Shown: positions 39,905 through 53,620 of the stretch, piece by piece
Numbering within the stretch: position 1 is the stretch's first letter
Layout: each line of letters starts with the position of its first letter
Source of the DNA: Eledone cirrhosa
Taxonomy: Eukaryota
Direction of reading: 5' to 3'
Assembly: GCA_964016885.1 (NCBI GenBank)
Contig: OZ024745.1
Span: forward strand, 111,290,001-111,354,000
DNA: 64,000 bases
The notes under the pieces: model-generated
Databases searched by the model: none
What the model was told of the DNA's origin: nothing
The model's input: only the letters and a program-made list of their open reading frames with translations
Translations under genes and position numbers: made by a program

Positions 39905-41186
39905 ACTAAAGTTCATAGGCTGACCAAGATACTCTCCTGGAATGTGACCAAATGAGGTTTATTTCTCAACATAGTCCCCCTTGCAGTGCACACACTTCTT
40001 CCATCAGTGTTGTAGTGCTTGGATCCCATTGGTGAAGAAGCTTTTATCCTGTTGGTAAAAAATGTCATCAACGGCAGATATGATGTGATCATCACTGCGG
40101 TACTGGTTCCCAGCCAAGAGTTGTTTTTTTTCTCATGTTGGGGAACAGATGATAGTCAGATGGGGCTAAATCAGGAGAATAGGGAGGGTGATCAACCAGT
40201 TCAAAGCCACAGTCATGCACAGCAGCCAGTAAAAACCAAGGACTTATTCATTGACCTGATGAAACAAGACCCCTTTCATCAGTTTTCCTGGGTGTTTGGT
40301 TTTGATAGCCTTTCATAACTCCCTCAGCAGTTATGAAAGGCTATCCAGTTGGCATAGTACTCTCCATTGATGGTGTGGCCCTTTTGAAGATAGTCAATAA
40401 ACACAATGCCTTTTGTATAAAAAACATTGAGGTCATCACCTTCCCTTCAGATGAAACAACTATGGCCTTCTTTGGAGCAGGTGAGGAGAGGTGTTTCCAC
40501 TGCATGGATTATCTCTGGCTCAAAGTGATGAACCCAACACTCATTCTGGGTTAGGAAACATTTAAGGAAACCAGCTGGATCTGCCTCAAACAATGTCAGA
40601 TTTTCCTGTGATGTGATCAGCCTGGTGTGCTTTTGACCAGGTCTAACAAGACCTGGAATCCACAAGTAGAAACTTTCATCATGCAAAATTCATTGTGCAG
40701 AATATTCTCAACTCTCTCTTGGGATGTGCTAATAGCATTGGCTATTTGATTTATAGTCAACCACCTGTCATCCATGTGGTGAACTTAATCAATGTTTTTT
40801 CTCAGTGGTGGCAGTTGCCGAATGTCCAGGCCTAGGGTTATCTTCAAGACTTTCCCTTTCCCTCCTAAATGCAGCTGCCCACTTTTGCACTATTGATAAA
40901 GCTGAAGCATCATCTCCTAATGTAGCAACTATGTCAGCATGAATGTCTTTGAGGGCTAAACCCGTTTTCTATAGGTACTTGATAAAACCATGATGACAAA
41001 TTTTGTACATTTTCAAAAGAAGTCACTACTAGTTACTTTTGAAGTCTTTTTTAAACAGTTAGATGTCAGTCTAGCTGGAAAGAAACAATGCAATTGTTAA
41101 TAAGAAGAGTTGAAATTAAAGCATACAAGATTTCCCAGCATTATTCCTTCATAGTCAGCCTATGGACTTTTCAGCCCACACTTGTA
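39905..41186 (-). mobile_element. Decayed mariner-type transposon
   Basis: TIR-like AAGTTCATAGGCTGAC / GTCAGCCTATGGACTT. Minus-strand remnants LTQNECWVHHFEPE (TGDETWVH-like) and C-terminal GDYVEK*; many stops. Confidence 0.75.
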
Positions 41187-43337
41187 CTTATTATTAAGTT
41201 GGTATTATAAACAACAAATTTTTATTATATGGAATCATGATGGAAGGTTTAGATATAGATACTTTGATACAAATGGCTCTTAGAAGTGGTTTCAAGTGGT
41301 TTTGTATCAGAAGGATAAAACTATTGATTTCAGCTGTGTTAAATGGATAAGAAGTGAATATCAACCTGGATAGGATACCAGGGTTTATTTCACGTAATAC
41401 TATCAGAAGAGCTGTTACATAATTTCTTTGGCTATGTGTGTTCTACTTAGAGACATCTGAAGTGGATATCACCTAAAGATACATAGCTTAGATGATTTCA
41501 CTTCTATTAACACTCACTACCTGATGGTATGTCAAAAAAACAAAAACATCAACAACAATACATCTGTCAGACACTTATTTAATTTTATCTTGATTAATAG
41601 TAATATATTTTTCTCATAAATTTAATATAATAGCAAAACAAGAATGTATCAAAATTAGATTATAAAGTGTCTAATAAAATTAATGAATTAAAAAAATATA
41701 TATATTAAACAAAGAAATGTGAAAATGTCTTATAACTTATATACACTTATTATTGTATCTTACTTGAAAATAACATTTTAAAGTTATTTTGTTTTTGTTC
41801 TTTTTAATAACTGTTTCAAAGCAAAGGTCTATAATTTCTAAATCAAAAAATTATGATATGAATACTGATGTTATTTAAGGAAAGGAAAGAAATATTTTTA
41901 ATCTAGGACAGAATGTTCAACTTTGACCAAATATGATTAAATGTTTTATCTTCTACTGTGTTGTATATCCTATAGTATTTGAATAACAATACTGAATTGC
42001 AACCCAAGTAGTAAAAAACTATCTTCTGAAACCATACTTAGAAGGATAGATTTGTAATCATTTTCTCATTTTCTGTTGACATGTTTGGGTCAATTGCTCA
42101 TCTGCAGCTTGAGAATAGGAACTGGGCCAAGAATATCAATCATAAATTATTCAATATTAATTCTTAATAGATCTCACTGATAACTTGTAAAACTCCCTAT
42201 TCCATCATGTCTTCAAGAACCAGTTTTTCTTTTGAAGTACTAAGTAATTATTTTTTAATCTGTTTCTTACAAGAGATTATTTAATCTTGTCTTAAAGCCA
42301 TGTTAATCAATGTAACTTAAGATTTTGTAAACTTTCTTTGAGTAATTTACATTAAAGAAATAAAAATAATTGTTTAATATTTGGTTTTATTTCAGAATTG
42401 TTTTTGTGGAATTGTGATTGTGGTAAAAAGTGAACACTGATAAAAAGTTGTCTCAGTTTTCAGTACTTGTTCACCTAGAGGAACTAATGATCAGGTCAAC
42501 AGTAAGGGAATTCTGCCTCCACCAGTGGGGCACTGTGCCTGTGAGAGTCCTGGCAAGTCATCACAGTATTTCTGCTAATAAAAAACATGACTGTTATAAA
42601 CAACAGCTCCACAGTTAGAGCCCATGATTTTCTGTTCCAGCATAGTACTAAAGAAGGCTCAACTTCTTCCTATGAAGATGATGGTCTAAGTCCAACTGGA
42701 TGAGCATCCTCCAATATTAGAACCAAGAGGGAACTATCTCAACCAACAACACAATGCACCTTCGGCTCTCTAAACTACAACTCACTCACATCCTACTTTT
42801 TCTGTTAGGAGCTCAACAAGCATATCAACACCTATAAAATTGCAATTGTATATGTTCAAGAACACTGATTTATCCACAAAGAAAATTATCCAAACATGAT
42901 TACCCATAACATTAGCAAAAGCACTGTTTACTGCACCAGCATCAAAACATTACACCGGTGCTGCAATTGGAGGAGTTGGTTTGACAGTACAAACATACCT
43001 CCTTCCTCTACTTAGAATGATTGTCAGGCACATACTTCCTCTGCAGTTGTAGGAGAAGATCACATCATCACAGCCAAAGTTAAATTCAACCTTCACTCAA
43101 ACAGGAGATCCAATAAGAAACAGTTTTACTGGAAGACGCTAAGGGAAGATGTTAACCTTGCAAGAACAATTGATGACTCAGTTGCTGGTAAATTTGAATC
43201 CTTGCCAGCTGTAGAGAAACTTTACACTTCATTTGTGACCATGTATAAACATGTATAATGAAGTGTACCTCCTTCTACCAGAAACTATGATTAACAGAGA
43301 GTATCAGCAAGGGAAAGACATTTCCTATTTTGTGTGT

Positions 43338-43650
43338 GATCAGAATAGATTAGTAGTTACATTGAACTAAGTTGAGATCAGAATAGGTTAGTAGTTACAT
43401 TGAACTAAGTTGAGATCAGAATAGGTTAGTAGTTACATTGAACTAAGTTGAGATCAGAATAGGTTAGTAGTTACATTGAACTAAGTTGGGATCAGAGTGA
43501 GTTAGTAGATACATAGAGCTAAGTTGGGATCAGAGTGGGTTAGTAGTTACATAGAGCTAGGTTGAGATCAGGGTGGGTTAGTAGTTACATAGAGCTAAGT
43601 TGAGATCAGGGTGGGTTAGTAGTTACATAGAGCTAAGTTGAGATCAGAAT
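43338..43650. repeat. 38-bp minisatellite (~8 units)
   Basis: Unit GATCAGAATAGGTTAGTAGTTACATTGAACTAAGTTGA. Confidence 0.9.
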
Positions 43651-45009
43651 AACTGAGTTTGGATCAAAGTATGCTGAGATCAAAACAGAATTTATACTGA
43701 ACTAAGTTGAGATTAGGGTAAGTTTGTAGTTACATAGTGAGATAAATATCCTTATCTATTACTTTAACTATTTATTTGATATTCTTCCTTCTTTCTGTCA
43801 TATCTTTTACTTTTAAAATATCACTATTTCTGAACTGCCTCTATCAAAGTGATTGTTCTTCACTGCCCTGTTGTGTTTCTTAAGATATTCTACTCTAAAT
43901 AATTAGTCTCATTTCCTCGACACCAGTTCGCTCAACAAGGAATCCCTATGTGGTCAATCATCCTGTTAGAAATAGCAGCAAAATTCTTTTTTAATTACAT
44001 CATATGTTCTTTTGAAAAGGACACACCAGATAATGTAGTCTTAGATACTGAAAACATAAAAGACTGGGGAGACTTTGGTTATAGGTCTACTCAGTGAAGG
44101 CTAACTTAGAGCTAAACAATGACAACTTAGATTCTTAAATCTAATGATTCTATTATTAACATAAACTATCAAGAACTCATGGTAAATATTAAACTCTAAC
44201 TTTGGCACATGGCCACATATTTTCAGGGAAGGAACATGATTGATTAAGTCAATATCAGTCCATGGTTGTATTGATTTTATGAACCCCCCAAAAGGACTAA
44301 AAGCCAAGCTAGAAATAGCAACCAAATGTCTTTCAAACCACACCATAATGTATTTAGATAGTGTAGGTTTGAACAATTTATGGCTAATAAAAAAAATGGC
44401 AGAATGGTTACAGCTGGAGCACCTTTGATACTAGATGTGTCTAATCATGACTGGATCTGGAGCTAAAAAACAATGCACTAACCAACCAAACCTGCATTTA
44501 ATTCTTTTCTTTCTTTTAATGCCAACAAAGTCTAAATGAATGAATAGAGTGGTAAGTAGTTAACTTTAGAGTTCATAAAACACAATTAAAATAATTGTTT
44601 TAAAATGAGAATAAAAGAAAGGAGGGGCCAAACTCTACATCCTTATATGGACAACATACCACTGCTGTGTCATGCAGATATAATTGTTTCTACTTTTGGT
44701 ACAAGGCCAGCAATTACCCAGTGCATTACTGGTACTTTATTTTATCGACCCTGTAAGGATGAAAGGCAAAGTTAACCTCGGCGGGATTTGAACTCAGAAT
44801 GGCAAGGGTCGTAACTCTAATGGTTATACTATTGCTGTGAAAAACAGCCAGTGATATCCACTACATCAGCCATCCCATCATATCGTGCTCTTCTTTAGCT
44901 GCAATGCCATCACCCCATCATGGCAGAGGAAAATGGCAGTCCAATGTCTTAGTGGCAACTGGCACAAAATGGAATCTAAATTGTTTATCAATTAAAACAT
45001 TTCACCTTT

Positions 45010-45267
45010 AAACCTTTTGTTAGCAAATTTCTAATGAAATACATAGTCTGGAGTTTCAAACAATTTTGAAAAATAATAAAGAATTTGGAAAGATTTAATA
45101 AAATAACTAAGTTCTCTGTGATTAAACTGGTCTTTGGAACATAACCAAACAAAAGTTCTTATGTTAAATTATGATGGAAGGTTTTCAGATAAATATACAT
45201 TAAATTAAATAGTTTTGTATCATAGAATCAAAGACAGTTCCAAGCAATTTGATATCAAGAGGGTTAA
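45010..45267 (+). mobile_element. Older TTAA/CCC(T)TTT-ended MITE family; remnants also ~11500-11745, 22405-22654, 36747-36960, 48183-48620, 62385-62506
   Basis: Shared TTAACC(C)TTTTGTTA..ATTTCTAATGAAATAC... and ...ATGATGGAAGGTTTT...AAGGGTTAA motifs. Confidence 0.55.
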
Positions 45268-45849
45268 GTCAAAAACACTTCTTTGTTTTTTGTTGTTGGG
45301 GGGTTAACATCAGTGAACTAATCAATTTCAAACAGGGAAAAAAATAACAAACAAACAAAATAAATAAATAAACACCCAAGAAATGTGGAGAGATTTTCCT
45401 ACATTTTAAATTCATAATATTTAAAATGTAAATAAAACAAACTATAATTTTAATGATGTATATAATTAATTATTTTCCAATACCCGACAATTGTAATGTA
45501 AATAGCAGACAACTTGCACTTAATGGGTTCCACTGTAGAAGTTATCAGAAAATAAAAAAAAGTAGGATGATTCGAAGTTTGCAGAGGATGAGGAGGAGGA
45601 GAATGATGAGAAGGAAGGAGGAGGAAGGAAAGAAGGTGGAAGGGAGAGGGGAAGAGATGTGAAAAGGGAGGATGGATGAGATAATTCAGTTATCTCACCG
45701 TCAAAGGAAAAGAGGAGTTACACATGTGAAGTGACACTAGAGGACAGTAAAACATCTATCTTAAAGACACAGGCCTTAGGTCATAAGATTAATGTTTGGG
45801 GGGGGGGGGTCTTTTTCTCTAAACATTTCCTGTAAGTACTTAGTCTTTA

Positions 45850-45876
45850 CTGATGATGATAGTGGTGGTGGTGGTG

Positions 45877-45908
<32 letters not shown>

Positions 45909-46065
45909 GAGGAGGAGGAGGAGGAGAAGGGGGAGGAGGAAAAGAAGAAGAAAAAGAAAAAAAGGAGAAAAAGGAAAAGGAGGAGGAGGAGGAGGGGGAA
46001 AAGAAGAAGAAAAAGAAAAAGAAAAAAGAAAAAAGAAAAAAGAAAAAAGAAAAAAGAAAAAGGAA

Positions 46066-46096
<31 letters not shown>

Positions 46097-46200
46097 GGAG
46101 GAGAAAAAAGAAGAAGAAGAAGAAGAAGAAGTGGAGGAGAAAAAAGAAGAAAAAGAAGAAAAAGAAGAAGAACAACAACAACAACAATGATAATAAAAAT
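45850..46200. repeat. Purine-rich (AAG/GAG)n low-complexity tract
   Basis: Direct reading. Confidence 0.9.
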
Positions 46201-46989
46201 AATAGGATTATTTACAGCTAACATACTGAATATGTAAAGTGTTGATCAAATAGACATGTTTTACTCTGTGTGTGCAACATCTGTAGGTTCAAAACATATA
46301 TATTTTTTGGTGGGGTATGTACTAGAACAGTAATATAAATCAGAGTAAATTAGATATAAAAAAACAAAACGTGAAGTTACTGGTAGTAGTACACAGATAT
46401 ATAAAATATATGTAATAGTATCAAAGTTGAACACAGACTACTTCATCACATTACTAAAGACTATAGATTTTTACATAAATCCTTGGTAGAAGTTCTGTTT
46501 TTTTTTTTTTTTAGGTTTTACCTAACATTTCTTCAACTAGCTCTCTTTCTTTCTAGTACAGAGGTGCCCCCCCCCCCCTCGACCTACACACACGCACTCA
46601 CTCTCACACACATGTGAGGGGAATATGAATTCGAAAAGTAGTGAAATGAAAAATAAAAGCTGGCAGGAAAAATTAACCTTTATTCATTATATCAACACAT
46701 TCAAAGAACTGGAGGTTCTTTTTTAGCGAGGAAGGTGGATGGGTGGGTATTTATTTACTTTTATTTTTACCCTATCATTTCCATATTTTTAATGAAAAAC
46801 ACTGCATGATTTTCAAATATATATTTTTTTAATAATAAAGAATTTGGAAAGATTTAGTAATATAAGCTCTACTACTTTGCACCAAGTCCACTGCAGCCAT
46901 GATAAAATTCTATACAAAATTATCATAGAAGGTTTTCAGATAAACATAAACACTTTAAAACAACCAGTTTTGTATTGTAAAACCAGGTT

Positions 46990-47550
46990 AGATATTATGT
47001 CAATCCTGTTCATGAAAATAATGAACAGGAGAGGTGACAGTATGCACCTCTGGTGGAGTCCGACTCCGACATTGAACGGTTTCGATTTAGCACTATTTAT
47101 CCAAACACAAATACTCAGGCATTCATATAGAGACAACAGGGCAGCAAGAAGCTGGTAGGAAGTAGCATCACGACTGGTGGGTGTAAAACCAGTCAGCTGA
47201 AATTTGCAGACGATATGGTGTTACTTAACTCAACAAAAGATGATCTCTAACTTGCACTTGATAGGTTTGATGCCAAGTGCTGCATGGCTGGAATGAAAAT
47301 CAGTGCTACAAAAACTGAGACACTCATCCTCTCAAGAAAACCTATGCAGTGCACTTTACATGTAAATGGAGTTCTGCTGAAGCAGGTGGAGAAGTTCAAG
47401 TATTTCGGGGCCACGTTCATTAGTGATAGAAGGCAGGAGGCTGAATTAATTGGAAGAATTGTAGGAGCTGGTGCAGTAATGCGCCAGCTTCATCATTTGG
47501 TAATCAGAAAAAGGGAGGTAGGTATAAAAGCCAAACTCACTATCTTCTAG
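46990..47550 (+). mobile_element. Decayed LINE reverse transcriptase fragments (5' part inverted)
   Basis: Plus strand FADDMVLL..GMKISATKTE..LKQVEKFKYFG. Minus strand 46990-47136 reads SKPFNVGVGLHQRCILSPLLFIIFMNR (RT QG-SP motif). Confidence 0.75.
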
Positions 47551-50074
47551 TCAGTGGGTAGTGGCAGCATTTGTATAGGGCCTGTATTTTGGCACTGTTG
47601 AATGATATTAAGTCGTCATCATATTCAACATTGCGGGATGTTTTAAAGGATTCCACCAATAGAAGAAACACAGAAGAAACACAGCAGGATGTGTTGAGAT
47701 TGTATGTATAAGACATTGTCTGGCATATGTAGAAAATGGAGGGTGAATATAAGGGGGGGGGGGGTGAATGTGGCTCAAAGTGACAATGACTCAACTGTTG
47801 ATTTTAAGAAAGAGTATAGAAGTTGTGGAAGTCTTATATAACTAAAATAGTAATATAATTGTAATTAAAATATTGAAGAGAAGGATGCATTTTGAGTATA
47901 TTGGGCTGCTTATAAATGTTTCCATTATTGTTGACATGTTAAATGTAAGGGAAATAGATAAAAGGATTAGATTAAAGTTTGTTCTGAGAGAGACAGGGCA
48001 AACAGTTATACATCCTGTACTGCATATTGGATCATCATTCGACTGCTTTTGTAGCATATCAGTTCTTCTTTAAGATGTTGCTAGGCCCTTGTTTAGCTCT
48101 TCTCATGGTAAAACATAGCTAATTGAAACTGCCCCCAATTCTATGATATAAAGCAGTTTGTTTTAATGTATTCATATTAATATTAACACTTTTGTTACTA
48201 CATTTCTAATGAAATACACAACCTATATATTTCAATTAATTTAGAAAATAACCCAAAATTGGGAGGAAGTCAACAAAAAGCTAAGTTTTTTATTAGAACA
48301 TTACTTTAGAAAAACTTCTCACATAATATTCATGTAGTTAGAATGTCTCAGAAAAGAAATGCTGGACAGATTTTACAGGCAAAACCAACCGGCAAGAGTC
48401 CCAGGGCTAGACCCCAAGCAAGATGGTTGGATAACATCCATGATCATGGCTTGTCATGCTTGGGGATCCAGCCAGATCAGTAGGAGACGATTACTTCTGA
48501 CAAGACCCACTGGAAGGAGTGTTTGAGGATTCTGTCCCCATAATCCTCTCAAGAAGAAGAAAAAGAAGGTTTTAATATAAGGATAAACATTTTAATATAA
48601 GCAGTTTTGTACCATAAATCCATGGTGGTTCAAACAAGTTGTTTGATCTAAAAACCTTTTAACTAATGCTCAAAGCGCCATCTTAATAATGAAAAAAACT
48701 AGTTATTTTACAAACTTCCTCTCATCAATCATATAGACCCCAGTACATGACTGGTAGTATTTAAACTCAGAGAATAAAGAACTGGAACAAATATTGCAAA
48801 ATTATGCGATCATGATGATGATGGTGATAGTGATGATGAGAAGGAGGGGAGGAAAAGATAAAACAATATGGGAACAATAAGGCAAGAAGTTAATAAAACA
48901 TTACTACTGTTACGTTTACAAGCTTTGGCACAAGGCCAACAAATTGGGTGGGGTGATGTGGGGTGGGGATTGATTATATCAAGTCCAGGACTTTACTGGT
49001 ACTTTATTTTAACGTTATTTAATCACTGTGGAAGGATAAAAGGAAGAGTTGAGTTCGTCAGAATTTCAACTTCAAAAGTAAAGAGCCAGAACAAACACAC
49101 TGGTAACGATTTGTCTGATGCACTAATAACTCAGCCAATTCACCACCCTAACACCACCAACAACAACAGCAGCAGCAGCAACACCACCACCACCACCACC
49201 ACCAACTCCATAACAACAACAACACCATCACCAACAACACCACCACCACCACCAACAACAACAGCAATAAAAATAAGACTACTAAATAACAACAGTAATA
49301 ATAATAGGGGGATATCAATGTTAGAGATATAAATTGTAAGAGAGCTAATGGCAGCGATGATGATGATGATGATAAAGTAAGTACAGTTTGTTATCTTTAG
49401 ATAAACAACAGAAGTCTTTATTCTCTTGTGCAATCCTGCCTGTATCATTAGTTTTATCAAGCTAGCACAAGGCCAAACTAGTAATTTCTACCCTTTATAG
49501 TTAATACCAGCTCATCATTGAAAGAGAGAATTCATTGGATGTATTTGTAAATGATATGTATATAAAAGAAAACATTTTTATAACCACCATGTTGAATATT
49601 TTCAATGTTGTATATACTCTGATACAATAAGACAAAACCATTTGTTTTACTATCTTGCTCCTTTTACTCCATGGTTAATTGTTTAACAGCTCATACATCA
49701 TTACTTATCAATTTACTGCTTATATTTTCATGCTGACAATGGGTTAGATAGGTCTGGAATATAAGTCATTATTTCTTTGTGACTTCTTTAACCGTTTAGC
49801 ATTTAAACTGATCATAACCGGCCAGAAGTCTCTCACATCTTTCTGTTCAGCCATAACCAACTGCTCGTACTTATGTTAAGGTGTTGTTCTCAAAATAAAT
49901 AATATCAAACTCTCGTAGATTTGATAATATATGAGACAAAGTGTTTACCATGAAAATACAATAGTATATAGAGCATAATATAAATGCTTAAAAGCATAAC
50001 TCTATTTACTATAAGTTTCCTCTGTCATCAACTCATGAGACTTTTCTCATCTAACCCATGCAAGCATACATTTG

Positions 50075-50345
50075 TAGGCAATGAAAAAGGTTGAAGTTAT
50101 TCCAGTTATAGTCAGGGCAAATGGTACTATGAACACCAGAATTGAAAACTATTTTTTTTTTTTATTGGGGCCAATATCAGTGTGGGGTCCTTACAGAAAA
50201 CAACATTCCTTGGAACTGGTAAGATACTCTGAAAAGTGCTTGACAACTGAAGGTGCCACCTCAGTCTGCTGATTGTGGACAGCTGACACCAGTATTACAT
50301 CACCAGCAACAATGCTGTACAACAAGCAGATAATAATAATAATAA
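50075..50345 (+). mobile_element. RLE-type (R4/Dong-like) non-LTR retrotransposon 3' remnant with (AAT)n tail
   Basis: KVEVIPVIVRANG (IPVVIGALG-like) then LQKTTFLGTGKIL.KVL (LQKAALLGTARILRKVL-like). Confidence 0.6.
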
Positions 50346-50690
50346 TTGTTTCTACTTTTGGCACAAGGCCAGCAATTATCCAGTACATTGCTGGTACTTT
50401 ATTCTATCGACCCCGTATGGATGAAAGGTAAAGTTAACAATGATTTCTAGTATAGGCATAAGGCCAGTAATTTGGGGGGAGGGGAAAGTCGATTAAATCG
50501 ACCCCAGTGCATTACTGGTGCTTTATTTTATCGGCCCCATAAGGATGAAAGGCAAAGTTAACCTTGGCAAGATTTGAACTCAGATCATAAAGGGTCATAA
50601 CTCTATGTTGCAAAGCATGACATCTACCGATACTGTATGGAAGAAAAACCTAGAATTGAAAGGCCTAAAAGTAAACTTAGCAATGGTTAA

Positions 50691-50911
50691 CCCTTTAGTA
50701 TTTACACCAGCCATATCCGGTCAGAATTCTCTCACCTCTTTCTGTTCAAACTGGCCATAACTGTCCACTCATACTGATGTTAAGGTATTGTTCTCAAAAT
50801 ATATAATATCAAAATCTCATAGATTCGATCTTACGTGAGATAATTATGTGCGGTAAAGCCTTTACCACAAAAATACAATAGTAAATATAGAGTAATGTAA
50901 ATGCTAAAGGG
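50691..50911 (+). mobile_element. piggyBac-like MITE; further copies ~49792-49990, 61734-61938, 63740-63949, partial 11887-11940 and 13353-13460
   Basis: TTAA TSD, same TIRs and internal AGAATTCTCTCACCTCTTTCTG. Confidence 0.85.
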
Positions 50912-51924
50912 TTAAAGTGCTGATAAGTATCAAAGAAGACATGAACCTGATGAGGGAGTATTAAAGTGGGAGAAGGTAGATGAAGGAGTGTTGTGCATAC
51001 TGACAGGTGGGAACCTAAATACCATTAGACTTCTCTGCTTCTTCATTATTGTTCTCTCCATGCTTGCTTCATCTTGCTTACATGGGAAGGTGAGTCTGTT
51101 CTAGTACAGCATATCTCATGTCAACCATTCATTAAAAGTATATTTTAATTCCTTTTTTTAAAGACAATTTAAAGCCAGATAAAACTCAATATCTCTCCAA
51201 TCTGTACATACAGATGACTGGCTGTTTAGGGAGTTCTTTTCTTAGAATGCTTCTCCTTTTTAGATTTTTTTTTTACCACTCTAAGTTTTAGTGTATTTTT
51301 CTTGCTTGTGATTTTTTTTTTTTTTTTGAGATTGGGAAATATTAAAAGAGACGTGACAAATTATGTTTCATAATTTCAAGCAAACAGATATTGATTTTTC
51401 AGTAGCTTGCAGTGATGTTTGAGAATTGGTTTCTATTTTATTTTAAATAGTAGTTCATTACACTGGATTTCTCTATTCTATATTAACCAACTTCAATAGA
51501 ATGAGAGGGTTAGGTCATGTGTTGAGGAAGGATGACAGTGACAGTGACCAGGTGAGAGAAATGATGGAAATAAATGTGAAAGGAAGCAGAGGAATGAGAA
51601 TATCAAGAAAGTCATGGAATAAGAAATGAATGCCAAAAGTTTGGTAAAAGAGGATGCAGATGATAAGATAAAAGACATTTGTCATGGGACAAGAGTAATT
51701 CTTACTTTATATAACCTTCCTATTACTAACCAAATTACAGCATCAACTGGATGCGTGCCATCATGCCAGTAGCATTAGACACGATGCTTATACCAATGGC
51801 TTATAAATGGCTTTAAAACTTTTGAAGTTGTATATTAACCAGCCTTGAAATAGGATTCAAACTGCTTTTGCTTTAAACTGCCCTTTTCATTAGGATACGA
51901 GTAAAATGAATGCTAAAGAGAAGG

Positions 51925-52250
51925 TAGTCGCCGTCGAGAATCTCAGGCATACTTAGACCCCATATTGCCAAGCTCCTCTGCAAGATTGGAACATCAGCAG
52001 CCCATCTTAGGAAGGAGCCCTGCGAGGTGGGGTGGCTGTTGCAGTGGGTGTCGCTGGCTATTGTCAGCAGGAATGCTTTTGTGGTCTCGTCCACAGGGCA
52101 CAGCTCCAATATCGCCGCACCCTACAACTCCACTAGGAATTACAGAGGAGAGATATATGGTTGGATGGAACCTTCCTATTACTAACCAAATTACAGCATC
52201 AACTGGATACATGCCATCATGCCAGTAGCATTAGATACGATGCTTATAAC
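51925..52250 (+). mobile_element. CRE-like RLE retrotransposon 3' remnant
   Basis: With one frameshift: VAVE.SGILRPHIAKLLCKIG...EPCEVGWLLQWVSLAIVSRNA, resembling the AVETLG..GP...EPRE...QRISLAIQRGNA C-terminus. Confidence 0.6.
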
Positions 52251-52599
52251 AAGAATAGAGAATCCTTTCTCCTCTGTACCTGCATTTTTATGTAGAGACA
52301 CTGCTCTTTTAGCTAGCTCGCCATCATATCAACATCATCATCATCACCATTTGCATGCTGGAGGGGACTTTTTGAGGCAATGTTTTGCAGTCGGATGCTC
52401 TTCCTGACACCAATTCTGTTAGACGCTTCTTGACACAAGGGTACGTGTGTGTTAGAGTGTGGCAATGTATGTGAGCAAGATGTAAGGTCCCTGGTGCTTT
52501 CAGAAAGATGAGTAGCTCTGCTTGAGTTCTGGCATGGTCATTGACGACCAAGCAAACCCTTTCTAGCAGTGAAATTGGACATTAAATGATGATGTTGAT

Positions 52600-52662
<63 letters not shown>

Positions 52663-52663
<1 letters not shown>

Positions 52664-53613
52664 TAGCAGTAAAGCCCGGCGTTGCTCAGGGTCGCTCAGT
52701 AGCTGTGTTAAAGTTACAATGTTAAGTTTCTTTTTTGGCTTAAAAACTGTAGTGTCTACTGTGCAGACTTGCATGTGGTGTTTTTGATTAATATTCCCTC
52801 AACCAACAATATGCCTTATGAAGTTAAGAAAACATAACGATAACCCGAATGTTATAACAAAAGAGGATGCTGGGGATAAAAACTGCACTGGTTATTTATT
52901 AACAAAGATCGAAAATGTAAACACTGCAACGCAGAGAAAAACATTAGCGTAACCAAATTATCAGTTATGTCTGTCTGCACGCCTATATCACCTCTCTGCA
53001 CGACTGTCTGTCTGCACGCCTATATCACCTCTCTGCACGACTGTCTGTCTGCACGCCTATATCACCTCTCTGCACGACTGTCTGTCTGCACGCCTATATC
53101 ACCTCTCTGCACGACTATCTGTCTGCACGCGTATATCACCTCTCTGCACGACTGTCTGTCTGCACGACTGTCTGTCTGCACGCCTAACGACGAAATATTT
53201 GCTTGTTTTACGTAGTCTTTAAATAGACTTGTTTTCAAGTAAAAATATTGTTTTAAAATGCTTTTAAATGGAAATGAAGCAAAACGGAAGCTTAGTGTTC
53301 GAACTGATGAATTTTGCAGGTCAATATTTTGCTGGCTCGACAACTGTTAAAACCAGCGTAATTTTTTACGTAAGACGCTCAATGTAAACAGAACAAAGGG
53401 AAATAACTGATAACTTACGCTCAAAAATCGATATATTATATTCGATTTCGTCACATAGGGTGGGTCAATTTGAAATTTTTTTTTTCCGATGTCTTCGCTA
53501 GGGCTCAATGTACAAGTATAGCAATTTCGGTGCAATTCCGTGAGAGATTCTAAGAGGAGATGTGTGCCAAAAATCGATAGACAGACAGACAACCACAGTT
53601 TTATATATATAGA
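52663..53613 (-). mobile_element. Non-autonomous Helitron
   Basis: Minus strand starts A|TCTATATATATAAAAC and ends with an imperfect GC hairpin (CCCTGAGCAACGCCGGG) shortly before ...CTAG|T; inserted at an AT dinucleotide in (TA)n. Confidence 0.8.
52968..53185. repeat. 37-bp minisatellite inside the Helitron (~5.5 copies)
   Basis: Unit CTGTCTGTCTGCACGCCTATATCACCTCTCTGCACGA. Confidence 0.9.
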
Positions 53614-53620
53614 TATATAT

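Noticed and set aside
42440-43300. Possible LINE apurinic endonuclease remnant
   Set aside because: Only scattered motif traces (VQEH, GGVG); too decayed to annotate with confidence.
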